The notes: a model not told the origin generated them from the sequence alone. A DNA stretch of 64,000 nucleotides from an uncultured Desulfosarcina sp. (GCA_963674945.2 CAXXWQ010000004.1:224001-288000), one strand, 5' to 3'. Positions 27,033 to 37,875 are shown, counted from the stretch's first letter. Made by a program: numbers and translations.

Positions 27033-29458
27033 GACCGACGCTCTGCCGCGGGCTTTTTTTTCACCGTTTTCATCTTCTTATTCGTTGCAGGTGCCAATGC
27101 CAGCGCCAGAACTTCGTCCATGTTCCGCACGGAAATGAATTTGAGTTTCCGTTTGACATTATTGGGAATTTCCACCAAATCCTTCTTGTTTTTTTCGGGA
27201 ATGATCACCGTTCGAATGCCGGCACGGATGGCTCCCAGGGCTTTTTCCTTCAAGCCGCCGATGGGCAAAACGCGTCCTCGAAGGGTGATTTCTCCGGTCA
27301 TGGCCACATCCTTGTGGACCGGCCTTTTGGTCAAGGCCGAAATCAAGGCCGCCGCCATGGCGATTCCCGCGGACGGTCCATCTTTGGGGATGGCGCCTGC
27401 AGGGACATGAATGTGGACGTCTGTATTATCAAAGATCTCATCTTTGATATTGAGTTGACGGACATTTGCCCGGGCGTAACTCAGTGCCGCACGTGCGGAC
27501 TCTTGCATCACCTCTCCCAGTTGGCCGGTAAGGATCATCTCTCCCTTGCCATTGATGAGGGACGCTTCCACATATAACACCTCACCCCCCACCTGGGTCC
27601 ACGCCAAACCGGTGGACAGCCCCACCTGACTCTCTTCCTGGTCCATTTCCGGATAATATTTCGGCGGCCCCAAATATTTCCCCAAAGAAGATCGCGTGAT
27701 CTGAAACGGCCCTTTCTCCCCTTCGGCAATTCGTCGGGCAATTTTACGGCAAAGGGACCCCAATTCACGTTCGAGATTTCGCAGTCCCGCTTCGGATGTG
27801 TATTCGGAAATGATCTGAGCAACGGCACCGTCACTGAACCGGATCTGCCGTTGCTTGATACCGTTCTCCTTGATCTGGCGGGGAATCAGGTGCCGCTTGG
27901 CGATGACTTTTTTTTCGTCTTCGGTGTAACCGGAGAGATAGATGACCTCCATGCGATCGAAAAGAGCAGACGGGATGGAGTCCGAAATGTTCGCCGTCAA
28001 GATGAACATCACCTGTGACAGGGCGAATCGAAGATTGAGATAGTGGTCGGAAAATTCCGCGTTTTGTTCCGGATCCAACGCTTCCAGCAGTGCCGAAGAG
28101 GGATCACCCCGAAAATCGGCGCCCAGTTTATCGATTTCGTCCATCATAAATACCGGATTGTTGGAACCGGCCTGTTTTAACCCCTGGATGATTCGTCCCG
28201 GCATGGCACCGATATACGTACGACGATGTCCACGGATCTCCGCCTCATCGCGAATTCCCCCCAGCGAAATACGAACGAATTTTCGTTTCATGGCACTGGC
28301 GATGGCACGGCCCAGACTGGTTTTGCCCACACCCGGCGGACCAATGAAACAGAGGATGGGACCTTTGGTCTTGGGATTGAGTTTACGAACGCTCAGGTAC
28401 TCCAGGATGCGATCCTTGATCCGGTCCAAACCGTAATGGTCCTGGTCCAAAACCGTTTTTGCCTTCTTCATGTCGATCACATCGGTAGTGGTCTTGCTCC
28501 ACGGCAACTCCACCAACCAATCCAGATAGGTACGCACCACCGACGACTCCGCCGAATCCGGATGCATCTGCTCGAGCCGACGAAGCTGCTTTTCGGCTTC
28601 CTCTTTGGCCTCCTGGCTCATTCGTGCCCGCTTGATCTGTTTTTTATAAGCTTCAATCTCCTGACTGCGTTCGTCCAGTTCCCCCAGTTCCTTGTGAATG
28701 GCACGTACCTGCTCCCGCAAAAAATAATCCTTTTGGCTCTTGGAGATCTCGTCCTTGACTTCCGACTGGATCTTGGCCTGCATGGCCGACAACTCGACTT
28801 CCCGAAACAAAAGGTCGTTTACCTTCTTCAATCTTTCCAGGGGATCGAAAATTTCGATGATGGCCTGGGACTCTTCGATCTTCAGGCGCAGGTTGGACGC
28901 CACCAGGTCGGCGAGCCGTCCGGGGTCGTCGATACTGTCGAGGATGGACCCCACCTCATTGGTAAATTCACCCCGCAAGGTCAGAATCTTTTCGGAATAT
29001 TCCCGGACGTTTCGCATGAGCGCTTCCGACTCCAGGTCCATGGCGGACGGCTCTTGCTCTTCGATAATCTCAATTTTCACGCGAAACAGATCACGCTTAC
29101 GCACATATTTTACGATTCTCGCCTTGGCGATCCCTTGCACCAGGGCCTTGACACGACCATCGGGCAATTTTAGCATCCGCAAAATACGGCTGACCGTACC
29201 GACACGGTAAATCTCCTCGGGACCTGGATTTTCGATTCCCGGATCGATTTGCGTCGCCACGAACAGATATCGATCCTTGGCAATCGACTCCTCGATGGCC
29301 TTGACCGATCTTTCCCGTCCTACGAAGAGCGGCAGCAGCATATCCGTAAAAATCACCACGTCCCGGACCGGCATCATGGGAAGCGTCGTCGGAATGATCG
29401 CTCCCGGTTCTTCCTCTTCGATTATGCTGATGAGATCGTCCTTATCCGTTTCGCCCAT
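27029..29458 (-). CDS. lon: ATP-dependent Lon protease
   Basis: GPPGVGKT, GHRRTYIGA, DEIDK, GLAWT, PKDGPSAG (catalytic Ser), IGGLKEK. Confidence 0.97.
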   Translation of the reverse strand: MGETDKDDLISIIEEEEPGAIIPTTLPMMPVRDVVIFTDMLLPLFVGRERSVKAIEESIAKDRYLFVATQIDPGIENPGPEEIYRVGTVSRILRMLKLPDGRVKALVQGIAKARIVKYVRKRDLFRVKIEIIEEQEPSAMDLESEALMRNVREYSEKILTLRGEFTNEVGSILDSIDDPGRLADLVASNLRLKIEESQAIIEIFDPLERLKKVNDLLFREVELSAMQAKIQSEVKDEISKSQKDYFLREQVRAIHKELGELDERSQEIEAYKKQIKRARMSQEAKEEAEKQLRRLEQMHPDSAESSVVRTYLDWLVELPWSKTTTDVIDMKKAKTVLDQDHYGLDRIKDRILEYLSVRKLNPKTKGPILCFIGPPGVGKTSLGRAIASAMKRKFVRISLGGIRDEAEIRGHRRTYIGAMPGRIIQGLKQAGSNNPVFMMDEIDKLGADFRGDPSSALLEALDPEQNAEFSDHYLNLRFALSQVMFILTANISDSIPSALFDRMEVIYLSGYTEDEKKVIAKRHLIPRQIKENGIKQRQIRFSDGAVAQIISEYTSEAGLRNLERELGSLCRKIARRIAEGEKGPFQITRSSLGKYLGPPKYYPEMDQEESQVGLSTGLAWTQVGGEVLYVEASLINGKGEMILTGQLGEVMQESARAALSYARANVRQLNIKDEIFDNTDVHIHVPAGAIPKDGPSAGIAMAAALISALTKRPVHKDVAMTGEITLRGRVLPIGGLKEKALGAIRAGIRTVIIPEKNKKDLVEIPNNVKRKLKFISVRNMDEVLALALAPATNKKMKTVKKKPAAERRS

Positions 29459-29704
29459 TATCACTCCTAACACGTTCAATCCGCTTTTTGGTCAAGCAAA
29501 TACGAAAATAACCGAAAACCAAAATGTCACTTAACGTAAGACGCAATTTTTCTTTGACAATGCCAAGGGGCCTCTTTTACAAATCGTAATCGAACCGTAT
29601 CCCCTTTTTTTAATTACCAATGGGAAGCGGATCACCGTCCTTTGACCGTTACCGGCACCGTGAAGACGGTGGCACGCCCCCCGTACATGACAAGACAGGA
29701 AAAC

Positions 29705-30478
29705 ATGATCCCAACCCTTTTTCTATATACGATGGCCTTTGTGTTGGGCACCTGCATCGGCAGTTTTGTAAACGTTTGTATTTATCGCATACCGGCTGGT
29801 TTGTCTATCGTTCATCCTCCTTCCAGCTGCCCGGGCTGCAACATGCGGATTCGTTTTTACGACAATATTCCCATTTTCAGCTATCTGATGCTCAAGGGGA
29901 AATGCCGATCGTGTAACACCCCAATATCATTTCGTTATCCATTCGTAGAGCTATTGACCGGAACGTTTGCCGTAGCCTGCGTAATTTCCTTCGGCCCGAC
30001 GTTTGCCGGCATGGTTGCATTCATCTTCGTGACGGTTTTGATCGTGATCACATTTATCGACCTGGACCATCGAATCATACCGGATGCGATCTCCCTGCCG
30101 GGAATCCTGCTCTTTTTCCTGGCCTCTTTTGGGAACCCATCCATCGACTGGCAATCCAGCGCACTGGGCATCCTGGCAGGCGGCGGAAGCCTCCTCGCCG
30201 TGGCCTGGGGATACCAGCTTTTCACCGGCAGGGAAGGAATGGGCGGTGGGGATATCAAACTGCTTGGCATGATCGGCGCAATGGTGGGGTGGCAAGGTGT
30301 GGTATTTTCCCTGTTTGCCGCATCGGTGTTGGGTACCGCTATCGGTCTTGCAGTCATGGTCCGATCCGGAAAGGACATGCGGCTTGCGATTCCATTCGGT
30401 CCCTTTCTGGCGGCAGGCGCGATCATCTATCTTTTTTTCGGAAACGAACTGATCCATTGGTATTTCAATATCTTATGA
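29705..30478 (+). CDS. pilD: Prepilin peptidase / N-methyltransferase
   Basis: GSFVNVCIYRIP, two CxxC pairs, YPFVE, FID, GMGGGDIKL, IPFGPFL. Confidence 0.93.
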   Translation: MIPTLFLYTMAFVLGTCIGSFVNVCIYRIPAGLSIVHPPSSCPGCNMRIRFYDNIPIFSYLMLKGKCRSCNTPISFRYPFVELLTGTFAVACVISFGPTFAGMVAFIFVTVLIVITFIDLDHRIIPDAISLPGILLFFLASFGNPSIDWQSSALGILAGGGSLLAVAWGYQLFTGREGMGGGDIKLLGMIGAMVGWQGVVFSLFAASVLGTAIGLAVMVRSGKDMRLAIPFGPFLAAGAIIYLFFGNELIHWYFNIL

Positions 30479-30513
30479 TAGCAAAGGCCTATCCCGTAGC
30501 TGTTAGACACGAA

Positions 30514-31872
30514 TTACCGTATGGACATCAGATAAGTGCGAAGGTTCACCTTCTTGTTCTTGATTCCCAATCGTTCCCGGATTGAATAGCGGTACCCTTC
30601 CACCGTTCTAACGGAAATGCCCAGCAACTTGGCAATCTCCCTGGCTTTTCTTCCCTGTTTGACCATGGTTGCGACTTTTATCTCGGTGGGGGTGAATCCG
30701 AGATAATCGAAAGACAATTTCCGGCTCAAAGGAGAGATGATCTCTTCCAGATTGGATTCTAAAATCTCCATGTAGGCTTTCTGCTTAGTACTCAGGCCAC
30801 TGGTCTTCATTTTTTTCAAATATGGCCGGATCAAGGTTTTTACATTGTACAACACCTTCTCCTCCAGGGCCGTTCGATCCTCGTCCCGTTTTTTCAAAAG
30901 CACTTTCAGAGCCGTATTCATTTCGCTCAGGTTATCGGTTTGCGTCTTTAATTCGCGACCCTTTTCTTTGATGGCTTCACTTTTTTTCATCTGGTCGGTG
31001 ATATCGAACAGGATACCGTTCACAAAACACACTTCCTTATCGATCACACCCGTTGCGATGACTTGTACCCACACCCACCGGGAGATTTTTGAATGAAAAA
31101 TGCGAAACCGCTGTTTGAATTTCAAGCTGGTGTGTCCCTTGACAAAGGCTTGCCGCACCATCCGTCTATCCTCCGGGTGGATCTGAAACCAGTTTCTTAC
31201 ATCCTTTGGATCGTCGATGTCGGCAATATCCTTTGCCGATGGGCTGATGAAGATGACCGTAAGCGCCCTTGGCCTTGTCAATTTGGCCTGGATTCGAAAG
31301 AGGGCGAAATCCGAAGCGGTTTCCATGAGCAATTGCTGACTGGCACGACTCTCCTCGAATTCTTTTCGAATCTGCCGTTCCCGGGTGATATCCCGACCAC
31401 AACCCACGGTTCCGATCAGATTACCGGATTCATCCAGCAAAGGAGCCTTGTGCACGTCCAGAACCAGGTATTGACCGCGAACGAGACCATCTTCCACAAA
31501 CCGCATGGCCTTTCTTTTCTTCTTCACGATCTCGTCTGAATTCACGCAAATTTCACCGAATGTATGGCGCTGTCCGTTGGCACGTTCGAGTTCGGCAAAG
31601 TAGGAATCCGTCTTCCCCACGACCGCTTCCGGACTTTTGCACATGAGCAGACGTTCACAAAGCGAACGATTGGCAAACAGATACCGATTGTCCAAATTCT
31701 TGGCCCAGATCATGTCCGGCGCATTGTCTGCCACACGTCGGACCAGTTCGAGAAAAGAGACGAAATCTTCTTCCTGCCTGGCCAATGATTTTTCAAGCCG
31801 AAGGTTCTCAGCCTCCAATTCCTTTATTTTTTTCAATTTCATATCCTGTTTGGAAGACTTTGCACTTTTCAT
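30514..31872 (-). CDS. PAS-domain LuxR-family transcriptional regulator
   Basis: PAS with GRDIT and DIT motifs; C-terminal FTPTEIKVA...EIAKLLGISVRTVEGYRYSIRERLG. Confidence 0.88.
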   Translation of the reverse strand: MKSAKSSKQDMKLKKIKELEAENLRLEKSLARQEEDFVSFLELVRRVADNAPDMIWAKNLDNRYLFANRSLCERLLMCKSPEAVVGKTDSYFAELERANGQRHTFGEICVNSDEIVKKKRKAMRFVEDGLVRGQYLVLDVHKAPLLDESGNLIGTVGCGRDITRERQIRKEFEESRASQQLLMETASDFALFRIQAKLTRPRALTVIFISPSAKDIADIDDPKDVRNWFQIHPEDRRMVRQAFVKGHTSLKFKQRFRIFHSKISRWVWVQVIATGVIDKEVCFVNGILFDITDQMKKSEAIKEKGRELKTQTDNLSEMNTALKVLLKKRDEDRTALEEKVLYNVKTLIRPYLKKMKTSGLSTKQKAYMEILESNLEEIISPLSRKLSFDYLGFTPTEIKVATMVKQGRKAREIAKLLGISVRTVEGYRYSIRERLGIKNKKVNLRTYLMSIR

Positions 31873-32009
31873 AACACCCCGATTCGTTCATGCTCAGTAA
31901 GTTACCAATTTTTATAAACAACGCTTCCCATTCAAGTTATCGACAAAACAATACAAGAATGCGTTTCTTTCGTAATACTGCTTGGCCATCTTTGGCCTGG
32001 AAAGGTTTT

Positions 32010-34340
32010 TTACGCAATACCGATGAAATCAAAATTCATCTTTGCCTGAAACTTTTCCACACGCTTGAAAATCTCCTTTAACATGGTCTGCTCGATGCGG
32101 GTGAGCTTCTTGGGGTTGATGTAATTGTCCGGTTTCGTATGATCGTCGATGACCGCCGTAATCTGACGAACGAACCGCAACTGCATGAGGAAGCTGTATG
32201 CCTTTTCCAACTCTTCATACTCCTGAAGGGAAATGACCTTTTTAACCCGCAGCTGGTATAAGCGATCCATGGTGTTTGTCTCTTCGATGTCGTTGGATAG
32301 TGCATAGATCCTGGCGAAATCGACGATGGGTGTCATGGCGCTCTTGATGTCAAATGCATTTCGGTGCCGCCCTTTGGATTCGACGACGAAATTGCGGAAA
32401 AAGCCTAACGGGGGCTTGAAGTAAAGCGCATTTTCCGTCAGATGACGAAAGAAACCGGACCATCCCGTAAGGGAAGAAAGCAGATATTTACGCAATTCTT
32501 CGACCAGTTTCACATCTCCGTACCCGTATCGAAAATCAAAAAAAATACTGGCTTGGAGAAGATCATGGGCGCCGGCAGCTTGGATCCAGTCTCGAAAATA
32601 GGTTTTCCACTGGGAAAGCGGCTGGCACCAGCGTGGGGTCTTTGCCATGACCTCGCCGGTACAATAGGCGTAGCCAACCTCGTTAAGAAGGTCACAGACC
32701 ATATTGCCGACCTTCAAAAAATATGTTTTCGCAGCTTTTGCCACAGCCGGTTCCGGATCCTGATAGACGATGGCGTTGTCCTGATCGGTTTTCAGGGTCT
32801 GCTCCCGCCTGCCTTCGCTGCCCATGATCATGAACACGAAAGGAACGGGCGGCATTCCCACCTCATCGAGGGTCACGGTCATGAGCTTGTTCAGGATGGT
32901 ATCGGAGACGGCTGTGATGAACCGGGTAATGTTCTGTGCCGTTGCACCATTGTGAATCAGGCCTCGTACCAAACCTGCCAGTTGCTGCTGTTTCTCGATG
33001 ATCTTATCGATATCCCTGGCGATTTGGATCTCACGCAAGAGAAACAACGGCGACTTGCCCTGGGATGCCAGGATATCTCTGCTGGAGAGCATGCCGATGA
33101 TCTTATCGTTCCCATCCACGACACCCACATGCTGAAAATCTTCCTCCATCATTGTCATCATGGCTTCGAACACCAGTGCTTTTTCGGAGATCGTACGAAG
33201 GGGTGCGGACATGATCTCCCCCACCGGCTTATCGATGGGGTAGCCACAGGCGATCACCTTGCGTGCGAAGTCTTTCTCCGTTACGATTCCCACCTGATTC
33301 GAATTGGTGTTCTGAATGAACGCATAACTGCTTTTGTTACGCACCATCGCATCGGCGGCATCTCGTATGGAAAGTCGGGCGTCGCAAAAAAGCGGGGTAC
33401 GGGAGTAAATCTGCGACAGCGGTTGGTTGAAAAATTGAAGACTCTCTTCTTTGGGCTGCAGTGTTTTTGCAATGATCGCCGCATAGGAACGGCTGAGCAT
33501 TCTCTTTCCAAAGGTGTCGGAAAAAAAATCGGAAAACACGCTATATTTTTTACAGATCTCATGGAAGATCTGGCCGGGCAGCATATAAAAGGCAGAATCT
33601 TCGATGATTTCCATTGTTCGCACGGAGATTCCATCATTTAACAATATGGAGATACCGCCGTAGATCTCTCCTTCGGAGAGAATACCCCGCATTTTCTTCT
33701 CTCCATTTTCCTCGAAATATCTCTCTGCAGCACCCTTTTGAAGAATGTACAAATATCCGACCCGGGTTTTGCCCTGCACGAACAAAACCGTTCCTTTCGG
33801 ATAAAAGGTGCGGGAAACCATGCCGGAAATGCGTTCGACCTCCTCTTCCGGCAAAAAACTGAAGGGATCGACACCGGAAAGAAAAAGGCGCACCTGTCCG
33901 GCCTGGGTAATGGCGTCCAACGAAGCATCGAAGATGTTGTGGCTGAAATTGGCCAGAAAATATTCGTAGAAGGATTTGTTATTTCTGCACACATCCATGA
34001 TGATGGTATGTGGGATCGATATGGCACTGATATCACTATCCGCCTTTGCCGTCCGGAGGGACATGCCGGCATTGAGCATCACCGTGATGCCACCGAAAAC
34101 TTCTCCCTTTTTTATGTGTCCGGTCAGGGTTCGCCCCCCCCCATCCTCCCGATAAAGGGAAAGTTGGCCGGCGGTAATCACCAGAACATTTTCGATTCGT
34201 GTTTTTCCCTGAACGGCGATTGTATCCCCTTTGCTGAATCGGATCTCGACAGCCTTGGATACCACGGTATCCAGCTCATTTTTGGTAAGAAATGAGAAGT
34301 GCCGCATCGCTGATAAAAAGCGAACGATCTCTGTTTTCAT
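32010..34340 (-). CDS. Two cNMP-binding domains + CBS pair + DUF294 nucleotidyltransferase-like protein
   Basis: Two cNMP repeats (GEVFGG, GEIYGG); CBS (VGIVTEKD); GSEGRREQTLKTDQDNA; IFFDFR; FDIK. Confidence 0.88.
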   Translation of the reverse strand: MKTEIVRFLSAMRHFSFLTKNELDTVVSKAVEIRFSKGDTIAVQGKTRIENVLVITAGQLSLYREDGGGRTLTGHIKKGEVFGGITVMLNAGMSLRTAKADSDISAISIPHTIIMDVCRNNKSFYEYFLANFSHNIFDASLDAITQAGQVRLFLSGVDPFSFLPEEEVERISGMVSRTFYPKGTVLFVQGKTRVGYLYILQKGAAERYFEENGEKKMRGILSEGEIYGGISILLNDGISVRTMEIIEDSAFYMLPGQIFHEICKKYSVFSDFFSDTFGKRMLSRSYAAIIAKTLQPKEESLQFFNQPLSQIYSRTPLFCDARLSIRDAADAMVRNKSSYAFIQNTNSNQVGIVTEKDFARKVIACGYPIDKPVGEIMSAPLRTISEKALVFEAMMTMMEEDFQHVGVVDGNDKIIGMLSSRDILASQGKSPLFLLREIQIARDIDKIIEKQQQLAGLVRGLIHNGATAQNITRFITAVSDTILNKLMTVTLDEVGMPPVPFVFMIMGSEGRREQTLKTDQDNAIVYQDPEPAVAKAAKTYFLKVGNMVCDLLNEVGYAYCTGEVMAKTPRWCQPLSQWKTYFRDWIQAAGAHDLLQASIFFDFRYGYGDVKLVEELRKYLLSSLTGWSGFFRHLTENALYFKPPLGFFRNFVVESKGRHRNAFDIKSAMTPIVDFARIYALSNDIEETNTMDRLYQLRVKKVISLQEYEELEKAYSFLMQLRFVRQITAVIDDHTKPDNYINPKKLTRIEQTMLKEIFKRVEKFQAKMNFDFIGIA

Positions 34341-34754
34341 TTTATAGATCCCATGGAAAAACGGGTGGTGATATAGATTTTCCGGTACGTGTTTTCTACG
34401 GTATCGATCATCGTAGTTTTGATTTAACCACCCCGACCTGCCAATGTCAACTTAACGTTTTTATTGTTACCATGTTAAAATGGTACGTTGTGGATCTTTT
34501 TGGGATAACAAAAATGAGCATTTCGCCGTTAGCGACTCGCTGTTCGTCCTTATCTGTTGAACATTTATATGCAACTCGTTGTTTCACCCATTAGGTAAAC
34601 TGAGAGACTTCACCAACGTTATGAAATTGTATGGAATGGAAATGAAACCGTTAGAAAGCGGGTATTTTCGGCACCCCCGCCTTACCTGATCGGTGGTGCC
34701 GAACAACGATTTCGTCGCAGGAAAAAGATGGACAAACGGGTGAAATCGAAATGA

Positions 34755-35597
34755 TCAGAGGAGTTGAACCATTCTTTTGGCAATGGATTGGAAAGCCTGG
34801 TTCACCGTTGAGTCCCCGTTTTGTTTCGAGTAGGAGACACCGGCGTCTGCGCACTCGACCATCTTCTGGTCAAAGGGTATCCGGCCAAGGAAGGGAATAC
34901 CTGCATCAATGGCAGTCTTCTCGCCGCCTCCCGAGCCAAAGAGGTCAATGACCGCCTGGCAGTGGGGACACGAAAACCCGCTCATGTTCTCAATCAGTCC
35001 GAAGATCTCCATTTTAACAACTTTACAGAAATTGATGGATTTCCGGACATCCGCCAGAGACACCTCCTGGGGCGTCGTGACGATGATGGCCCTGGCGTCG
35101 GAAATGGTCTGGGCCACGGTCAACGGTTCGTCCCCTGTTCCAGGGGGAGCGTCAATTAACAAAAAGTCGAGGTCCCCCCATTCCACATCGGCGATAAATT
35201 GTTGAATCGCGGAATATTTTACCGGTCCCCGCCAAATGATGGCCTCATCCTTGGTCGGCGTCAGGCTCTCGATTGAAACGACATGCAGGTTCTTGGAATA
35301 GGCACTGGGATTGAGTTTGCGGTTGGCACTCAAATCGAGCATCCCAGACAGTCCAAGCATACGGGGAACGTCGGGGCCGTGAAGATCGACATCCATGAGT
35401 CCCACACGGTGACCGAGGTCGGCCAACGCCAGGGAAAGATTCACCGAAGTACTGGTTTTTCCCACCCCTCCTTTTCCGCTCATGATGATGAATTTATGCT
35501 TGATCCGCTGCAAGGCCGATTGTACCTGTGCATCTTTTTGCGCCTGTGGATTTTCCTTCTTTTTTGCAGCTTCCATACTATCATGAATCTGTACCAT
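34755..35597 (-). CDS. apbC: Mrp/ApbC Fe-S cluster carrier ATPase
   Basis: SGKGGVGKT, DVDLHGP, IWRGP, DAPPGTGDE, VTTPQ, ENMSGFSCPHC. Confidence 0.92.
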   Translation of the reverse strand: MVQIHDSMEAAKKKENPQAQKDAQVQSALQRIKHKFIIMSGKGGVGKTSTSVNLSLALADLGHRVGLMDVDLHGPDVPRMLGLSGMLDLSANRKLNPSAYSKNLHVVSIESLTPTKDEAIIWRGPVKYSAIQQFIADVEWGDLDFLLIDAPPGTGDEPLTVAQTISDARAIIVTTPQEVSLADVRKSINFCKVVKMEIFGLIENMSGFSCPHCQAVIDLFGSGGGEKTAIDAGIPFLGRIPFDQKMVECADAGVSYSKQNGDSTVNQAFQSIAKRMVQLL

Positions 35598-35617
35598 GCG
35601 TTACACCGTCCTATACG

Positions 35618-36028
35618 CTAGAGAAATCGATGAAAATCGTCCTCCCCGCATTCGGGGCAACCGATGGGACGGCCGGTTCCCAATGGTTCGTCCCATTGAT
35701 GTTCACATTTTCGGCATAAAAACTGGCGTTTTTCTTCGATCATTTTGTAATTTCCGCCGTCTACCTTGATGGCCTTCCCGTTAATCAAGGCGTCGGCGAC
35801 GATTTGCCGTGCCTTGTGCAAGATTCGACCGAAGGTCGCCCGGGATACACCCATGCATTGCCCGGACTCTTCGTGGGACAATCCATCCAGATCCGCAAGC
35901 CGGAGTGCCTCTCTTTCATCCACGGTAATGCAAACCTCGTTGAGGTCGACCATGGGGATACCCCGTGGTTTAAAGTAACTGATTTCCGGATTGTACGCCA
36001 CGAGCCGGTCTTTTCTCGGTCTTCCCAT
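35618..36028 (-). CDS. DUF134 DNA-binding protein with C-terminal zinc ribbon
   Basis: MGRPRK, FKPRG, EALRLAD, MGVSRATFGRIL; CRKC...CPEC. Confidence 0.9.
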   Translation of the reverse strand: MGRPRKDRLVAYNPEISYFKPRGIPMVDLNEVCITVDEREALRLADLDGLSHEESGQCMGVSRATFGRILHKARQIVADALINGKAIKVDGGNYKMIEEKRQFLCRKCEHQWDEPLGTGRPIGCPECGEDDFHRFL

Positions 36029-36043
36029 GCGCCCTCCCTAAAT

Positions 36044-36053
36044 AGCATATGCT
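36044..36053. promoter_or_regulatory. Palindrome AGCATATGCT, candidate operator of the DUF134-apbC operon
   Basis: Perfect 10-bp palindrome between a minus-strand TTGACA (near 36087-36092) and the GGAGG RBS. Confidence 0.45.
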
Positions 36054-36134
36054 CGGATGTTAGCTGTTAATCTTTTCATCAGCCGATGTCAAGCCAATAT
36101 TCTTGGATCACCATCTCCAGCACGATAATCTTAA

Positions 36135-36560
36135 TTACATGTTGCTGGGTCCGGCAGATTCCGGTTTCGGATTCATCCGGTTGAAATAGTCTCGAACATC
36201 CTTTGCAAACAGAAAATACGTACCGACGATGGAAAATAGAAAGATGATGACACAAAGGATGGTGGATATCTTATCGTGTGGCACCGTGAGGAACCACATC
36301 AAGTCATACACGAGGATAAAACAGCTTCCCATCACCACCAGCGCCCTTGCCCACTTTTTTATTAAAAAAATGAAAAAACATAAACTTATACTCACAATGA
36401 CCATCTTTTTCATTTCACTTTGAACGCCCGTCAAGGCTTGCTGCCGCCAAAAAAGGGAGTAAAGGAAAATCGGGTGACAGACCCAGGCCGTCACCAGAAA
36501 ACCAAAGCTTTTTTTGAAATTGACGGGAGCGTTTCGAAATCGGTCGAAATAATCATTCAT
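36135..36560 (-). CDS. Hypothetical membrane protein (about 4 TM helices)
   Basis: 141-aa ORF with four hydrophobic segments, co-oriented with its neighbours. Confidence 0.7.
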   Translation of the reverse strand: MNDYFDRFRNAPVNFKKSFGFLVTAWVCHPIFLYSLFWRQQALTGVQSEMKKMVIVSISLCFFIFLIKKWARALVVMGSCFILVYDLMWFLTVPHDKISTILCVIIFLFSIVGTYFLFAKDVRDYFNRMNPKPESAGPSNM

Positions 36561-36595
36561 TGTAATCGTATCCGTTTATGGATGGCAAAGAGGGA

Positions 36596-37276
36596 TTACC
36601 GCACCACCAGCGTCTGTCCCACGTGAAGAATGGCGTCATCACTCAATTTGTTCAACGATTTCAACTGGTCCACCGATAGGCCGTAACGACGGCTGATACT
36701 GTAAAGGGTCTCCCCGGCGACGACGGTATGACGCTTTTCCTTCGTCGCTTTTTTTGCAGGAGGTTTGTCGGCAACCACGGTACGAGGTGGCGGCCTTTTC
36801 TCCAACGCGGCAATGCGAGCCAAGGCGTCATCGGTTTTCTTTTGAAGCTCGTCCAGGCTCATGGCCAGATGGTCCATCCGCAGGGAGGTGGAAGCTTCGG
36901 ACCTGTCGAATCGGGCTTTGAATGTTTCAAATGCCTTTGCTTGCTCCCAGATCCGGGTCACTTTTTCGTCCACGACATCCATTTTTTTCATTTGCTGTAC
37001 CAGCGATTCCACACGTTCTTCCAACTCATCGATACGGGCCGCTTTTGACGACCCCGATAAATTGGAAAAGATGGACATTACCAGAAAAACAACAATCAAT
37101 GCGATAAGGACACCAATGCCCCAAGTACGATATCGATTCGTATGGTATCCAACACCGGATGTCTGCCTTGGTTCATTTTTCCCCAGAACGTCGTAGCCAT
37201 CATCTTCATAGTAAGAATCGACCTGTTCGAGGTCTTCCTCATTTTGATGACCGGTATCCTTCCACTTCATGGTCAT
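36596..37276 (-). CDS. Membrane-anchored coiled-coil LysM protein
   Basis: Single TM, heptad region, C-terminal HTVVAGETLYSISRRYGLSVDQLKSLNKL. Confidence 0.9.
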   Translation of the reverse strand: MTMKWKDTGHQNEEDLEQVDSYYEDDGYDVLGKNEPRQTSGVGYHTNRYRTWGIGVLIALIVVFLVMSIFSNLSGSSKAARIDELEERVESLVQQMKKMDVVDEKVTRIWEQAKAFETFKARFDRSEASTSLRMDHLAMSLDELQKKTDDALARIAALEKRPPPRTVVADKPPAKKATKEKRHTVVAGETLYSISRRYGLSVDQLKSLNKLSDDAILHVGQTLVVR

Positions 37277-37620
37277 GTCTCCACCCGTCTTGAACACGTT
37301 GTTAGGGATAAATAAATGCTTAATGAATTTACCCTTCTATAAACCAAAAGGACGATTGACATCAACCCCAATTCCGAGCACTGCCGACCTTATCACAGGG
37401 AAACCACATCAGGGAATTACTGGTCAAATGGAGCAAGTGAGGGATACAGGACGAATAAGGGGGATGAAATGAACGGCCTGTATCGTTTCGCATCCCTCGG
37501 CCATCTTCATTGAGTCCTCCATTTTATTGGGAATGTACCATGCCTTGGTGGATGTATTGACCCCAAAACACTTTTCATTTACTGTACGGTTATCTTATGT
37601 CCCCAAAGGAATCAAATTAT

Positions 37621-37875
37621 ATGGCATTGCATTCACACAATTTTATCGAAACCTTCGATGGTTTCATCGGTTTTGGTCTCAATCGAAAATCGGACGTGGA
37701 CACGGTGATCTATTATCTTCAGAAATTTTCCGATGACCGACTCATGGAACTCCTCAGGAATCGACTCTCAGACCAAGATCTTTCCAATATTTTCGAACTA
37801 CTCTCGTCTCTGCTGCGCCGACATCTTTCCGAACCGGAATACCACAAATACTTCATGAAGGACGAACACGAATAA
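37621..37875 (+). CDS. Small conserved-looking cytoplasmic hypothetical protein
   Basis: 84-aa ORF after AAGGA, helical composition, fills the gap upstream of the aminopeptidase. Confidence 0.7.
   Translation: MALHSHNFIETFDGFIGFGLNRKSDVDTVIYYLQKFSDDRLMELLRNRLSDQDLSNIFELLSSLLRRHLSEPEYHKYFMKDEHE

Noticed and set aside
28226..29173. 315-aa plus-strand ORF
   Set aside because: Antisense shadow of lon with no motifs.
32442..33641. 399-aa plus-strand ORF
   Set aside because: Antisense shadow of the DUF294 gene.
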